Shown in pieces: positions 19,069-28,368 of a stretch of DNA of 64,000 nucleotides (positions are counted from its first letter, which is position 1; each line of letters starts with the position of its first letter). Under the pieces are notes generated by a model. That model ran no database searches. It was not told the origin of the DNA and worked only from the letters and a program-made list of their open reading frames with translations. The stretch is from an uncultured Prevotella sp. (GTDB taxonomy: Bacteria > Actinomycetota > Coriobacteriia > Coriobacteriales > Eggerthellaceae): contig CAVBST010000005.1 of the NCBI GenBank assembly GCA_963598325.1, positions 10,121-74,120 on the forward strand, in the 5' to 3' direction. The translations under genes and the position numbers were made by a program.

Positions 19069-19962
19069 CTACAGCAAGAAGCGCTGCACTTCTTCCAGCA
19101 TCTGCGCCGGCGCCTCTTCCGGGATGAAATGGCCGCACGGCAGGCTGCGCCCCTGAACGTCCTCGCAGAAATGGTTCCAGCAGGCCAGCGGGTCGAAGAA
19201 CTTTTCCACCAGCCCATTCGCGCCCCAAAGCACCAACGTAGGCGCCGCGATGGTATTGCCCGCCTTCAAGTCGGCGGCATCCAAGAACCTATCGATGCTT
19301 TCGCCGGCACGGTATTCCTCGCAGATAGCATGGATGCACTCCACGTTGTAATGGCGCAGGTATTCCTCGTACACCTCGGGCGGAAACGCCTCGGCCGATG
19401 TGTCGTTCTCGGAATTGTAGCGGCCGATGTGCAAGGCATTGCGGAAGTACATCTTGCGGCTGGAAAGGATAAGGTCTTCCGGGAACGGCTCGTCTTGGGT
19501 AAGCAAGTACCAGTGGTACAGCGCCTTGGCGAATTCCGCCGTGCTAAGCGCGTACATATCGTAGGTGGAAACGATGTCGAGCAGAACCAGCTTGCTTACG
19601 CATTCGGGGTGGTCGAGCGCCAAGCGGTAGCCAACACGCGCTCCCCTGTCGTGCCCCATAACGCTGAACTTACTGAAGCCCAATTCAGCCATCACCTTGA
19701 TGCAGTCGAGCGCCATGGTTCGTTTTGAGTAGGTGCTATGGTCGGGCAGACCGGCAGGCTTGCCGCTGTCGCCGTATCCGCGCAGGTCGCACAGCACAAC
19801 GGTGAAGCTGTGGGCTAAATCGCCCGCAACCTTGTGCCACATCAGATACGTTTCCGGATGACCATGCAGCAGAAGAAGAGGCGCACCGTTGCCCATAACC
19901 ACCGTATGGATGGGCACGCCGCCTTCGCCTTCGATGAAGCGATGTGTTGCCGTCTCGAACAT
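19069..19962 (-). CDS. Alpha/beta hydrolase (haloacetate dehalogenase / epoxide hydrolase-like)
   Basis: LLLLHGHPETYLMWHKV...RGYGDS and the nucleophile elbow GHDRG. Confidence 0.8.
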   Translation of the reverse strand: MFETATHRFIEGEGGVPIHTVVMGNGAPLLLLHGHPETYLMWHKVAGDLAHSFTVVLCDLRGYGDSGKPAGLPDHSTYSKRTMALDCIKVMAELGFSKFSVMGHDRGARVGYRLALDHPECVSKLVLLDIVSTYDMYALSTAEFAKALYHWYLLTQDEPFPEDLILSSRKMYFRNALHIGRYNSENDTSAEAFPPEVYEEYLRHYNVECIHAICEEYRAGESIDRFLDAADLKAGNTIAAPTLVLWGANGLVEKFFDPLACWNHFCEDVQGRSLPCGHFIPEEAPAQMLEEVQRFLL

Positions 19963-20114
19963 AGGGACCCCCTATCCCTCATTCGCCTGAACAGGAGCGG
20001 GCAAACCCCATCTGCCCGCGCACCTGCCTACACCCGAAGTATACTCCCCGAAAACGGGCAAGGTGCAGAAAAGCACTCTCTCAACCTAGCGCCCATGCGC
20101 ACCGGAATAGCCCA

Positions 20115-20281
20115 CCGTCCGCGCCGCGGGCTGGGGCATCATCCCTTCGGGGATTCCCGCTACCCTGCTCGCTTCGCTCGTGCGGTCGCTGCTTCATGCA
20201 TTAGAAGTTGGTTCGCTTCGCGAACCGTTCAGGAAGTGCTATCAGAGAACCCCTCAGGGCGATGCCCCAACCCACGTCGCT
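20115..20281. repeat. Structured intergenic repeat, family A, copy 2
   Basis: See 10752-10918. Same orientation. Lies immediately upstream of the small ORF at 20408. Confidence 0.85.
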
Positions 20282-20407
20282 GCGTTTCCGAAGCTGCGGC
20301 GCCGGACAGGGCCTGCGTGGCGGTTTGGTAGAATCGTTGTCTGGCTCGGCGGCATAAGTCCCATGCGTGGGCGCGCCCTCAATCTTCAAGAGAGAGGGGG
20401 TGAGATT

Positions 20408-20539
20408 ATGTCGGACGTAGAAATTGCGGTCTTGGGGCTCGCTTCGGCGGTGCTCGTATTCCTGGCTGCGGTGCTCACGTTCCTGCCTGCGCTGGGTGAT
20501 GCCCTTAGGCGATATAAAAAGAAACGCCGCAAGCGTTAA
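20408..20539 (+). CDS. 43-aa small membrane protein with a polybasic tail (type I toxin / Hol-Tox-like)
   Basis: RBS GAGAGGGGGTGAG, then ATG. MSDVEIAVLGLASAVLVFLAAVLTFLPALGDALRRYKKKRRKR has one TM helix and a KKKRRKR tail. Its own terminator overlaps the stop codon. Confidence 0.5.
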   Translation: MSDVEIAVLGLASAVLVFLAAVLTFLPALGDALRRYKKKRRKR

Positions 20540-20553
20540 CTTGCGGCTTTCTT
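20526..20553 (+). terminator. Rho-independent terminator of the small ORF
   Basis: GCCGCAAG-cgttaa-CTTGCGGC followed by TTTCTT. Confidence 0.7.
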
Positions 20554-20649
20554 AAGCCAACGGACGCGCCCACATCGGACCATGGGCTGCCGTCGGGTCA
20601 CAGTATACAACGTTTTCATTTTCGCTGTAGTTTGATTTGTAGCGAACAC

Positions 20650-21210
20650 TCAGCTCCAGCGCTCGAAGGGCGGGTACTCCCATCCGAAGCGATCAAAGAT
20701 CTTGCCGATGATCTGATCTTCCATGTCGTCGATGCTCTTCGGGTGGTGGTAGTACGTCATCATCGGCGGCATAAGCGTCACATTCGGGATAGCCGCCAGC
20801 TGGCTTAGGTTGCGAAGGTGTATGGCGTTCATGGGCGTCTCACGAGCAACCAGCACCAAGGGGCGTTGCTCCTTCAGCGTTACGTCGGCAGCGCGCAACA
20901 GCAGGTTGTCGCTGTATCCCGTTGCGATGCCGGCCACCGTCTTCATGCTGCAGGGAACAACCACCATGCCTACGGTCTTGAACGTTCCGCTGGCGATGGA
21001 TTCCCCCAGCGAAGCGTTGTCGTGCACGAAATCTGCCATGCGCAGCGTTTCTTCGAAAAGCTCGGGCTCCTCGTAGCCTGCGGTAAGGCGGCCGCCCTCG
21101 GTTACCACCGCATGAACCTCGCACGAGGTGAATTCTTTCACTTGGCGGATGAAGCGGCACGCCAGATGAGTGCCGCTTGCGCCGCTTATGCCAACAACCA
21201 GGCGTTCCAT
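20650..21210 (-). CDS. ubiX: Flavin prenyltransferase UbiX (prFMN synthase)
   Basis: MERLVVGISGASG... is the UbiX/Pad1 family. Lies immediately downstream of the UbiD-family gene. Confidence 0.92.
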   Translation of the reverse strand: MERLVVGISGASGTHLACRFIRQVKEFTSCEVHAVVTEGGRLTAGYEEPELFEETLRMADFVHDNASLGESIASGTFKTVGMVVVPCSMKTVAGIATGYSDNLLLRAADVTLKEQRPLVLVARETPMNAIHLRNLSQLAAIPNVTLMPPMMTYYHHPKSIDDMEDQIIGKIFDRFGWEYPPFERWS

Positions 21211-21214
21211 GCGC

Positions 21215-22693
21215 TTAGGCCTCGAAGTCGGGAAGCCAGTGCTTCGGGTCCACGTCCATGATCTTGCAGCGATGGAAGCGGTCCTTCAGATCGTAGGGAA
21301 CCGTGCAGTCGTAGATGGTCTTGCACGCAATGCCGTGGTCGCGGATGCTGTTGGAATAATCCGGGTCGTTCGACGGGTCCAGCGGATGGCAGCGCACCCC
21401 GGGAATGGTGATGATATCCTGGTCGCCCTGAAGACGGGTGTTCATGGCCCACATCACGTCGCTGATGTCGAACGGATCCACATCTTCATCTACCAGGAAA
21501 ACGTTCTTCAGCTCGCTGAACGCCGAGAAGGCAAGCAGGGCCATCTGGCGCTGGCGGCCCTCATCGGAAGGCATGCTCTTCTTCACCTGCATAACGGCCA
21601 TGTACTTGCCGCCGCCCGGGGAAGCGCAGTACACGTTCAGCAGGCGGCCGGGCATGGCCTTTTCCACCATCTGGATAATGCTGGCCTCGGTGGGGATGCC
21701 CGCCATGCTCACATGTTCCTCCGAGGGGCCGATGCAAGTTTGCATGATGGGGTTCTTGCGCGTGGTAACCGCCTTCACCTTGATGATAGGAAGCGACGGG
21801 TTGGCAGGGCCGGTGTAGCCGGGGAATTCGGGCATGGCCTTGCCGGTGCCGGTGTTCATGTCTTCCGCCACGCGCTTGCCGGGAAGTATCTCGCCTTCGA
21901 TAACGTATTCGGCGTTGGCAATGCAGCGCTCATTCACGGTAAGGCACTTGGCCATCTTCACGCCCTGGCCGCGCAACGCGCCGGCAACGTTGAGCTCGTC
22001 GTAGCCCATAGGGGTCGTGGGCGGCTCGAAGCAGGTGGCCAGCTCGATGGCAGGGTCTACGCCGATGCTGATGGAGATGGGCAGCGGCTGCCCCATGGCC
22101 TCGGCCTTTTCGTAGAACGCGCCGATGTGGCGCGCGCCGGGCACCATGTAGATGGAAATCTCATCGGGGCCCTGCAGGCACATACGGTGGATGGTGATGT
22201 CAGAAACGTGCGTTTCGGGGTCGGAAGCATAGCACATGCCCAGCGTGATGTACGGGCCAGCATCTTCCGGCGTGTTGGTGGGTGCGGGCACCAGCTTGCG
22301 AATGTCGAAGCCCTCTTCAGTGGCATAGTGAACCACTTCCTGGCAAAGCGCCTGTTCAGCAGGTACTTCCACCGGCGGGATGGGGTTCAGCACCGCATCG
22401 TTGAGCAGAAAGCCCAACCGACGCGGGTCGGCATCGAGCAGCTTCGCCACACGCGAACGGCTTGCCAGAAGGCCGATTGCCACGCGGGCATCGGGGTGCC
22501 CCTTCACGTTGTTGAAGATCATCGCCGGGCCTTCTTTGGTAGGACGCGGCACCGTTCCGCCGGCGCCCACATGGCGGTACACGCCGCACAGCTCGGCGGC
22601 AGGGTCTACCTCCACATCGGTCTCTACCAACTGCCCGGGAATGCCCCGCAGAAACTCAAGGGCGCTGCGAAGGTCGTCAACGTTGTTGCCCAT
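21215..22693 (-). CDS. UbiD-family (prFMN-dependent) reversible decarboxylase, substrate unknown
   Basis: 492 aa with UbiD-family similarity throughout. Paired with ubiX. Confidence 0.88.
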   Translation of the reverse strand: MGNNVDDLRSALEFLRGIPGQLVETDVEVDPAAELCGVYRHVGAGGTVPRPTKEGPAMIFNNVKGHPDARVAIGLLASRSRVAKLLDADPRRLGFLLNDAVLNPIPPVEVPAEQALCQEVVHYATEEGFDIRKLVPAPTNTPEDAGPYITLGMCYASDPETHVSDITIHRMCLQGPDEISIYMVPGARHIGAFYEKAEAMGQPLPISISIGVDPAIELATCFEPPTTPMGYDELNVAGALRGQGVKMAKCLTVNERCIANAEYVIEGEILPGKRVAEDMNTGTGKAMPEFPGYTGPANPSLPIIKVKAVTTRKNPIMQTCIGPSEEHVSMAGIPTEASIIQMVEKAMPGRLLNVYCASPGGGKYMAVMQVKKSMPSDEGRQRQMALLAFSAFSELKNVFLVDEDVDPFDISDVMWAMNTRLQGDQDIITIPGVRCHPLDPSNDPDYSNSIRDHGIACKTIYDCTVPYDLKDRFHRCKIMDVDPKHWLPDFEA

Positions 22694-22759
22694 GGAAACT
22701 CCTATCGCTTTCGTTATTTGCCTCTGAATTCGGAGCCGCGCTTGGAAGGCCCCTTTCTT

Positions 22760-22777
22760 AGAACGTGTTCAATTATA
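22760..22777 (-). promoter_or_regulatory. Putative -10 box (TATAAT, 22772-22777) abutting the palindrome-family site AGAACGTGTTCA (22760-22771) upstream of ubiD
   Basis: The minus strand reads TATAATTGAACACGTTCT, about 70 nt upstream of the ubiD ATG. Confidence 0.4.
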
Positions 22778-23043
22778 CGAGAGCAAGCCTGCGAATGCGC
22801 CCAGCTCTTATTCTGATTGGGCAACCTTATGTTGCCTTTTGCGAATGAGGGGGCAAGGGCGCCTGCCCAGCCACCGAGCAACCCGAACTCGCCCCTACCC
22901 ACCCGACACCTTGCCGCCAACGCAATCAACGCCGCAACATACGCCGATCTGCCTACCGTCTTACCGCCTATCCACCCGTCGCAGCACAAACCTTGCCGCC
23001 AGCCGGCACCTGCCGCACCCACAGCGCCCACGCCCCCCCGAAA

Positions 23044-23077
23044 CGAAAAAGGGACCGGAGCGTGCACTCCGGTCCCC
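23044..23077 (-). terminator. Rho-independent terminator after the permease gene
   Basis: Minus-strand GGGACCGGAG-tgcacg-CTCCGGTCCC followed by TTTTTCGTTT. Confidence 0.8.
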
Positions 23078-23148
23078 CTTCATCCAAAGCATCTCACTTC
23101 GGAATGGGACGTATGTCCTGTTTGCTCTGCCTTCAGGCTAGCTCAGGG

Positions 23149-24594
23149 TTAGTCCTGAAGCTTGCCTGCCTTTGCAGCTTCCAGGCGAGCATGGAGAGCT
23201 TCAAGCTGACGCTCCGTCTCCTCATCCTCGATGCGCTGGAGCTCCTTGTTGTAGGCGTAGTCCTCGCGGATCTTCTCGTTGTCGGAGATGAGCAGGTAGA
23301 GGACGATTGCGGCCAGGAAGCCGACGCCGCCGCCGCGGGCTACGATGAAGCCTGCGATCATGCCTGTCATGCCCTTATCAAGATCGTCGCGGACAAGGCC
23401 GAATGCGATCTGAGCGCACAGCCAGCCCTGAATGAGGAGCACGACCACGAGGAGTGCTGCAGATGCTGCCAGGGATGCCTCGTACAGAGGATAAACGAAC
23501 AGGCCAATTACGGTGAAGATCAGGTTGGTACCAGAACCATCGTAGATGGAGTCCATGCCCTGACGGCCGGACTGCTTATAGCGAGCATAGGTTGCTACGC
23601 AGTAAGGAGCGGACAGAGGACCAGCAAGTGCCGGGTAAGGTGCGAAGATGGAAAGCAGTGCATTACGGATACCGCAGATGACGTTGGTACGGTTCGGGTC
23701 GAACTCGATGTACTCGTCGTCACGGGCGGCCTGCAGACCAAGCTGCTGAACCGTTACGAAGTCGCCGTAGGCGATAACCCATGCAACGATTGCGTAGGGG
23801 AATGCCTGAACCCAAACGGTGGGGTCGGAAGCGAAACCGATGAAGATCGGCGAAACGGTGGTGAAGAGCAACATGAAGTCGGGAACCTTGATGATTTCGC
23901 CGGACCACTCGAAGTTGAACTCACCAGCAGCACCGCCAGCAACCAGCAGGGCGATAACAGCCCACAGGAAGCTGTAGTTACCGAGGATGGCAACGAAACG
24001 GTTGGTGTCCATGTACTTGCGTACGCGCTTGGAGAACATGAGCAGGAACACAACCACCAGGCCGCAGAGGCAACCAACGGTGACGGTGTCTACTGCGCCG
24101 CCCTCCTTCAGGCGAACGGCTACGGCGTTGACGCCAGCGCCCATAACGATACCTGCCTTGATAGCGGGAGGTACCATCGTGTTGAGCTTCTTAGACAAGC
24201 CTGTTGCACCCAAGATTATGAACAAGAGCGCTAACTCAAGCTGGATACACGTTAGCATCTGCAATCGCGCCACGCCTGGATCCAAGGATTCCAGGAACAC
24301 AACGATGATTGCCATTGCAGGCGTAATCCAACCGCAGATGGAAGGCTCGCCGAGCAGCCAGTTAAGGGTGTACATACCCGTTTCGAATACAACCAGTGCC
24401 CATGCCACTGCAGGATCAAGACCCAGGGTGGTGATAAGAACAGCCAGAGCGCCGTACGAAGTACAAGCGTTCATCAGGCCGGTTACGACCTCTGGCGGCG
24501 AGATCTTGAAGTGGATGAACGGCAGACGGATACGGAATAGGCCAATTTTCCAACATGGCTGAATTCCACCGAATTCACGCTTAAGCATAGCCAT
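23149..24594 (-). CDS. Multi-pass permease of uncertain family (possibly NCS2/BenE-like) with a C-terminal coiled-coil tail
   Basis: More than 10 predicted TM helices. RBS GGAGAGAGGGG. The C-terminus EDYAYNKELQRIEDEETERQLEALHARLEAAKAGKLQD is charged and helical. The family call comes from sequence feel only. Confidence 0.6.
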   Translation of the reverse strand: MAMLKREFGGIQPCWKIGLFRIRLPFIHFKISPPEVVTGLMNACTSYGALAVLITTLGLDPAVAWALVVFETGMYTLNWLLGEPSICGWITPAMAIIVVFLESLDPGVARLQMLTCIQLELALLFIILGATGLSKKLNTMVPPAIKAGIVMGAGVNAVAVRLKEGGAVDTVTVGCLCGLVVVFLLMFSKRVRKYMDTNRFVAILGNYSFLWAVIALLVAGGAAGEFNFEWSGEIIKVPDFMLLFTTVSPIFIGFASDPTVWVQAFPYAIVAWVIAYGDFVTVQQLGLQAARDDEYIEFDPNRTNVICGIRNALLSIFAPYPALAGPLSAPYCVATYARYKQSGRQGMDSIYDGSGTNLIFTVIGLFVYPLYEASLAASAALLVVVLLIQGWLCAQIAFGLVRDDLDKGMTGMIAGFIVARGGGVGFLAAIVLYLLISDNEKIREDYAYNKELQRIEDEETERQLEALHARLEAAKAGKLQD

Positions 24595-24918
24595 TGCTTA
24601 GCCCCTCTCTCCTCTTGCGCATTCCTGCGCAAAAATAAAATCGACCATCTTACTCCTCCTTCTTTTGATTGCATCGGGTTCGCACGTGCACGCTTGCTTT
24701 CCCGGTGCCTTCAATAGATTCAAGAAAACGTTGGAAGATTTCTGCTTCACTTGGCTGTTGGATCGCTTTCGCGAACAAAGGCAAAGCCAAACCTAAATCC
24801 CCAAGGTTTCCCTTCGTCATTTGAAGATGGTCCCTACTATGAACCGCCGCGCTGCAGCCCGATCCCCCGATGGGCAACGCACAGCGCTTAAGTCCACGAC
24901 CGATTATTCTCCAATGGG

Positions 24919-24951
24919 TGAACATGTTCTAATTCACTTTGAACATGTTTT
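24919..24951. promoter_or_regulatory. Two adjacent palindrome-family sites, TGAACATGTTCT and TGAACATGTTTT
   Basis: Sites at 24919-24930 and 24940-24951, with centres 21 bp apart, in a 750-bp AT-richer divergent intergenic region. Confidence 0.4.
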
Positions 24952-25174
24952 AGATAGTTTGCATGAATATGATTCACGATGCCTATGTGAAACTTATAGT
25001 CCTATAGCCGCGATTGATACATTCGGCCGTTTTCAGCATTCGACCGCCTTGAAATGCGGCGTTACCTTCCCGTCAATTTCCCCAGCTTATCGTTCCTATA
25101 GTCAAATCAAATAGAACCGGCTTCGTTATTAGGTTTCAGGATCGTTGCAGTTGAAGCCGCTTGCTGGTTTTCGC

Positions 25175-25204
25175 TTGACTAAAACACGTTCAATCCCGTA
25201 CCTT
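25175..25204 (+). promoter_or_regulatory. Putative promoter of ArsB/NhaD paralog 1 with a palindrome-family site in the spacer
   Basis: TTGACT (25175-25180), then an 18-nt spacer containing AAAACACGTTCA (25181-25192), then TACCTT. Confidence 0.3.
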
Positions 25205-25345
25205 CATCCACGGATCTTTTTTTGGAGTCGGTACGCCAGAGTGGGGCGTTGCCTGTTCAGGCAATGGACGTGTGTTACCCGGGACTCTGTGCTTCAAGAC
25301 GAGAAACCGCATCTGTTCCCTTTTAAGAGAAAGGAGCACTACGGA

Positions 25346-26632
25346 ATGATCGCCTTAACCACCGCTCAGATCATCTCGATCGTCATCTTCGTCGTCGTGA
25401 TGGCCTTCATCATTTCCGAGAAAGTGCATCGCACCACGGCTGCCCTCGCCGGCGCAGTCGCCCTTATCCTTACCGGCGTTGTGTCGTTCGACACCGGCGT
25501 CGGGCACATCGACTTCGGCACACTCGGCGTGCTGGTTGGCATGATGATATTCGTGGCCGTTGTGAAGAACTCCGGCATATTCGAGTACCTGGCCATCCGC
25601 GCCGCGAAGATAGCGAAGGGCAATCCCTGGCTTATCATGGTGCTGTTCGTGCTGATCACCGCCGTGCTTTCGGCGTTCTTGGACAACGTGACCACGGTTC
25701 TGCTCATCGGCCCGGTAACCTACACCGTGTGCAAGATGCTGGAAGTGAATCCCATCCCGTTCTTCCTTACCGAGATCATCGCCTCGAACGTAGGCGGCAC
25801 GGCAACGCTTATCGGCGACCCGCCGAACATCATGATCGGCTCCGCTACCGGCCTCACCTTCTTCGACTTCCTGGCCAACGACGGCCCGGCGGTGCTCATC
25901 ATCCTTATCGTCTCCATCGCCATCTTCTACGTGATGTACGGGCGCAACATGGGTGCTTCGCAGGAAAAGCGCGACCACATCATGGCCATGCATGCGCATG
26001 AGGCCATCAAGGACCAGGGGCTGTTCAAGAAGAGCGTCGTGATGATCTTCCTGGTTGCCCTTGCCTTCGTAGTCCACGGCGCGCTGCACATCGAGCCCAG
26101 CGTGGTTGCCCTGGCAGCAGCGGCCATCATGCTCATCATCGGCCGCGCCGATGTGGAGCACACGCTGATGGACGTCGAATGGGCAACCATCGGCTTCTTC
26201 GCCGGCCTGTTCGTGGTTGTTGGCGGTCTGGCCGAAACCGGCGTCATCGAGATGATGGCCTACGCGCTTATCGATGCCACCGGCGGCAACCTGATGGTTA
26301 CCATCATCGTGCTGGTGTGGGCTTCGGCAATCATCTCGTCCTTCCTGGACAACATCCCGCTGGTTGCCACGCTCATCCCCATCATCACCACGATGGAATC
26401 CACCGGCATGGACGTTATGCCCCTGTGGTGGGCCGTTTCGCTGGGCGCCTGCATCGGCGGCATCGGCACGCTTATCGGCGCTTCCGCCAACGTGGTTCTG
26501 GCAAGCATCTCGGGCAAGTACGGCCACCCCATCACCTTCATGGAGTACACCAAGGTCGGCTTCCCGCTGATGATCCTGTTCACCGCCATCAGCTGCGTGT
26601 ACCTGGTACTGCGCTTCTGCATCCTGGTTTAG
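25346..26632 (+). CDS. ArsB/NhaD-superfamily (YbiR/SLC13-like) anion permease, paralog 1
   Basis: RBS AAAGGAG. MIALTTAQIISIVIFVVVMAFIISEKVHRTTAAL..., FLDNVTTVLL and GGTATLIGDPPNIMIG. Confidence 0.85.
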   Translation: MIALTTAQIISIVIFVVVMAFIISEKVHRTTAALAGAVALILTGVVSFDTGVGHIDFGTLGVLVGMMIFVAVVKNSGIFEYLAIRAAKIAKGNPWLIMVLFVLITAVLSAFLDNVTTVLLIGPVTYTVCKMLEVNPIPFFLTEIIASNVGGTATLIGDPPNIMIGSATGLTFFDFLANDGPAVLIILIVSIAIFYVMYGRNMGASQEKRDHIMAMHAHEAIKDQGLFKKSVVMIFLVALAFVVHGALHIEPSVVALAAAAIMLIIGRADVEHTLMDVEWATIGFFAGLFVVVGGLAETGVIEMMAYALIDATGGNLMVTIIVLVWASAIISSFLDNIPLVATLIPIITTMESTGMDVMPLWWAVSLGACIGGIGTLIGASANVVLASISGKYGHPITFMEYTKVGFPLMILFTAISCVYLVLRFCILV

Positions 26633-26786
26633 CCTGAAGCGAACATACTCACCTTGGAAAAGGCCCACGTTTCGAGCCCTGCCCTGCCCCCCGTGCAAAC
26701 GGAAGCAGCAGCCGCCCGGAACGCGGGCCTTTCCTTCTGCCTATAAATGCGAGAAGAAACCGAAATGGATCGCGGCCGATTAACCG

Positions 26787-26826
26787 TGAACGCGTTATTG
26801 ACGCTCATTTGCCCGAAACGTATCTT
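26787..26826 (+). promoter_or_regulatory. Putative sigma70-like promoter of ArsB/NhaD paralog 2, preceded by and overlapping a palindrome-family site
   Basis: TGAACGCGTTAT (26787-26798), TTGACG (26798-26803), a 17-nt spacer, then TATCTT (26821-26826). Confidence 0.45.
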
Positions 26827-26961
26827 TTCTTACAGGGGAATTCGACGCCGCAGCGAAGGCTAATGGCCTTCTTTTTGTATAGCGTCGGGAAAGAGGGGGT
26901 AAACTCCCTACAGAGGCAAACCCCAGGTGCAGGGCATCTGGGAACGGAAGGAGTGGTGTGT

Positions 26962-28248
26962 ATGCCTGAATTCACTACACCGCAGATCATTTCCATCGTG
27001 ATCTTCATCGTGGTGTTCGCGCTTATCATCTCGGAGAAAATCCATCGCACAACCGCCGCGCTTGCGGGCGCCGTCGTGCTCATCCTTACCGGCATCGTAT
27101 CGTTCGATAAGGGTATGGAGCACATCGACTTCGGCACGCTTGGCGTTCTGGTGGGCATGATGATCTTCGTGGCCGTGGTTAAGCAATCGGGCATCTTCGA
27201 GTACATAGCCATACGAGCGGCGAAGATAGCGAAGGGCAACCCATGGGCAATCATGGTGCTGTTGCTGCTGATCACCGCCGTGCTTTCCGCGTTCTTGGAC
27301 AACGTGACCACCGTTTTGCTTATCGGCCCGGTAACCTTCACGGTGTGCAAGATGCTGGAGATGAGCCCTGTGCCGTTCTTCATCGTGGAGATCATGGCAT
27401 CGAACATCGGCGGCACCGCAACGCTTATCGGCGACCCGCCGAACATCATGATCGGCTCTGCCGCCAACCTCACGTTCTTGGACTTCCTGGTGTACAACGG
27501 CCCGGCGGTGCTCGTTATCACCGTTGCCGCCATCGCCATGTTCTATGTGCTGTACGGCCGCAACATGAACGCCTCGCCCGAAAAGCAGGCGCACATCATG
27601 GAAATGCACGCCCATGAGGCCATCCAGAATCAGAGCCTGTTCAAGAAGAGCGTGGTGATGATCATCCTGGTTGCCGTGGCGTTCGTCACCCACAGCATGT
27701 TCAACGTAACCCCGAGCACCGTGGCGCTTACCGCTGCTGCCGTGATGCTTATCATCAGCGCGGCCGACATCGAGAAGATCCTGCTCGATGTTGAATGGGC
27801 AACCATCGGCTTCTTCGCCGGCCTGTTCATCGTAGTCGGCGGCCTTTCCGAAACCGGCGTTATCAACATGCTTGCCAACGCACTTATCGACGTCACCGGC
27901 GGCAATGTGCTGATTACCATCATCGTGCTGTGCTGGGCTTCGGCGCTTATCTCGTCGTTCCTGGACAACATCCCCATGGTGGCAACGCTCATCCCCATCC
28001 TCCTTGCCATGGAGCAGACGGGCATCGACGTTATGCCGTACTGGTGGGCAATTTCGCTGGGCGCCTGCATCGGCGGCATCGGCACGCTGATCGGCGCATC
28101 CGCCAACGTGGTACTGTCGGGTATGTCGGGCCGCTACGGTTACCCCATCACCTTCATGGAGTACACCAAGATCGGCTTCCCGATGATGCTCGTGTTCACC
28201 GCCATCAGCTGCGCATGGCTTATCATACGCTTCGTGGTGCTGGCGTAA
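26962..28248 (+). CDS. ArsB/NhaD-superfamily anion permease, paralog 2 (tandem duplicate)
   Basis: RBS GGAAGGAG. Collinear with paralog 1 over its full length, with roughly three quarters of residues identical by eye. Confidence 0.85.
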   Translation: MPEFTTPQIISIVIFIVVFALIISEKIHRTTAALAGAVVLILTGIVSFDKGMEHIDFGTLGVLVGMMIFVAVVKQSGIFEYIAIRAAKIAKGNPWAIMVLLLLITAVLSAFLDNVTTVLLIGPVTFTVCKMLEMSPVPFFIVEIMASNIGGTATLIGDPPNIMIGSAANLTFLDFLVYNGPAVLVITVAAIAMFYVLYGRNMNASPEKQAHIMEMHAHEAIQNQSLFKKSVVMIILVAVAFVTHSMFNVTPSTVALTAAAVMLIISAADIEKILLDVEWATIGFFAGLFIVVGGLSETGVINMLANALIDVTGGNVLITIIVLCWASALISSFLDNIPMVATLIPILLAMEQTGIDVMPYWWAISLGACIGGIGTLIGASANVVLSGMSGRYGYPITFMEYTKIGFPMMLVFTAISCAWLIIRFVVLA

Positions 28249-28339
28249 CGCAGGCCATCCTGCGCATACGGCGCTTTCAAACTGGCACGGCTTGCTAGCC
28301 AGAAAGCCCGTTGAAAGCATGACACGCTGCTACGTAAAA

Positions 28340-28368
28340 GAACCCCGTTTCCGAACGGGGTTCTTTTT
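28340..28368 (+). terminator. Rho-independent terminator after paralog 2
   Basis: GAACCCCGTT-tccg-AACGGGGTTC followed by TTTTT, with an A-tract upstream (bidirectional look). Confidence 0.8.

Noticed and set aside
24650-24925. A 91-aa minus-strand ORF (or a 56-aa version from an internal ATG) upstream of the permease.
   Set aside because: It has no convincing RBS at either start and no recognisable family. It is mentioned under the intergenic-region finding instead of being called as a gene.
25355-28320. Two long minus-strand His/Asp/Gly-rich ORFs (447 aa and 470 aa) opposite the ArsB/NhaD genes.
   Set aside because: They are antisense to clearly homologous transporter genes, with low-complexity composition and no RBS.
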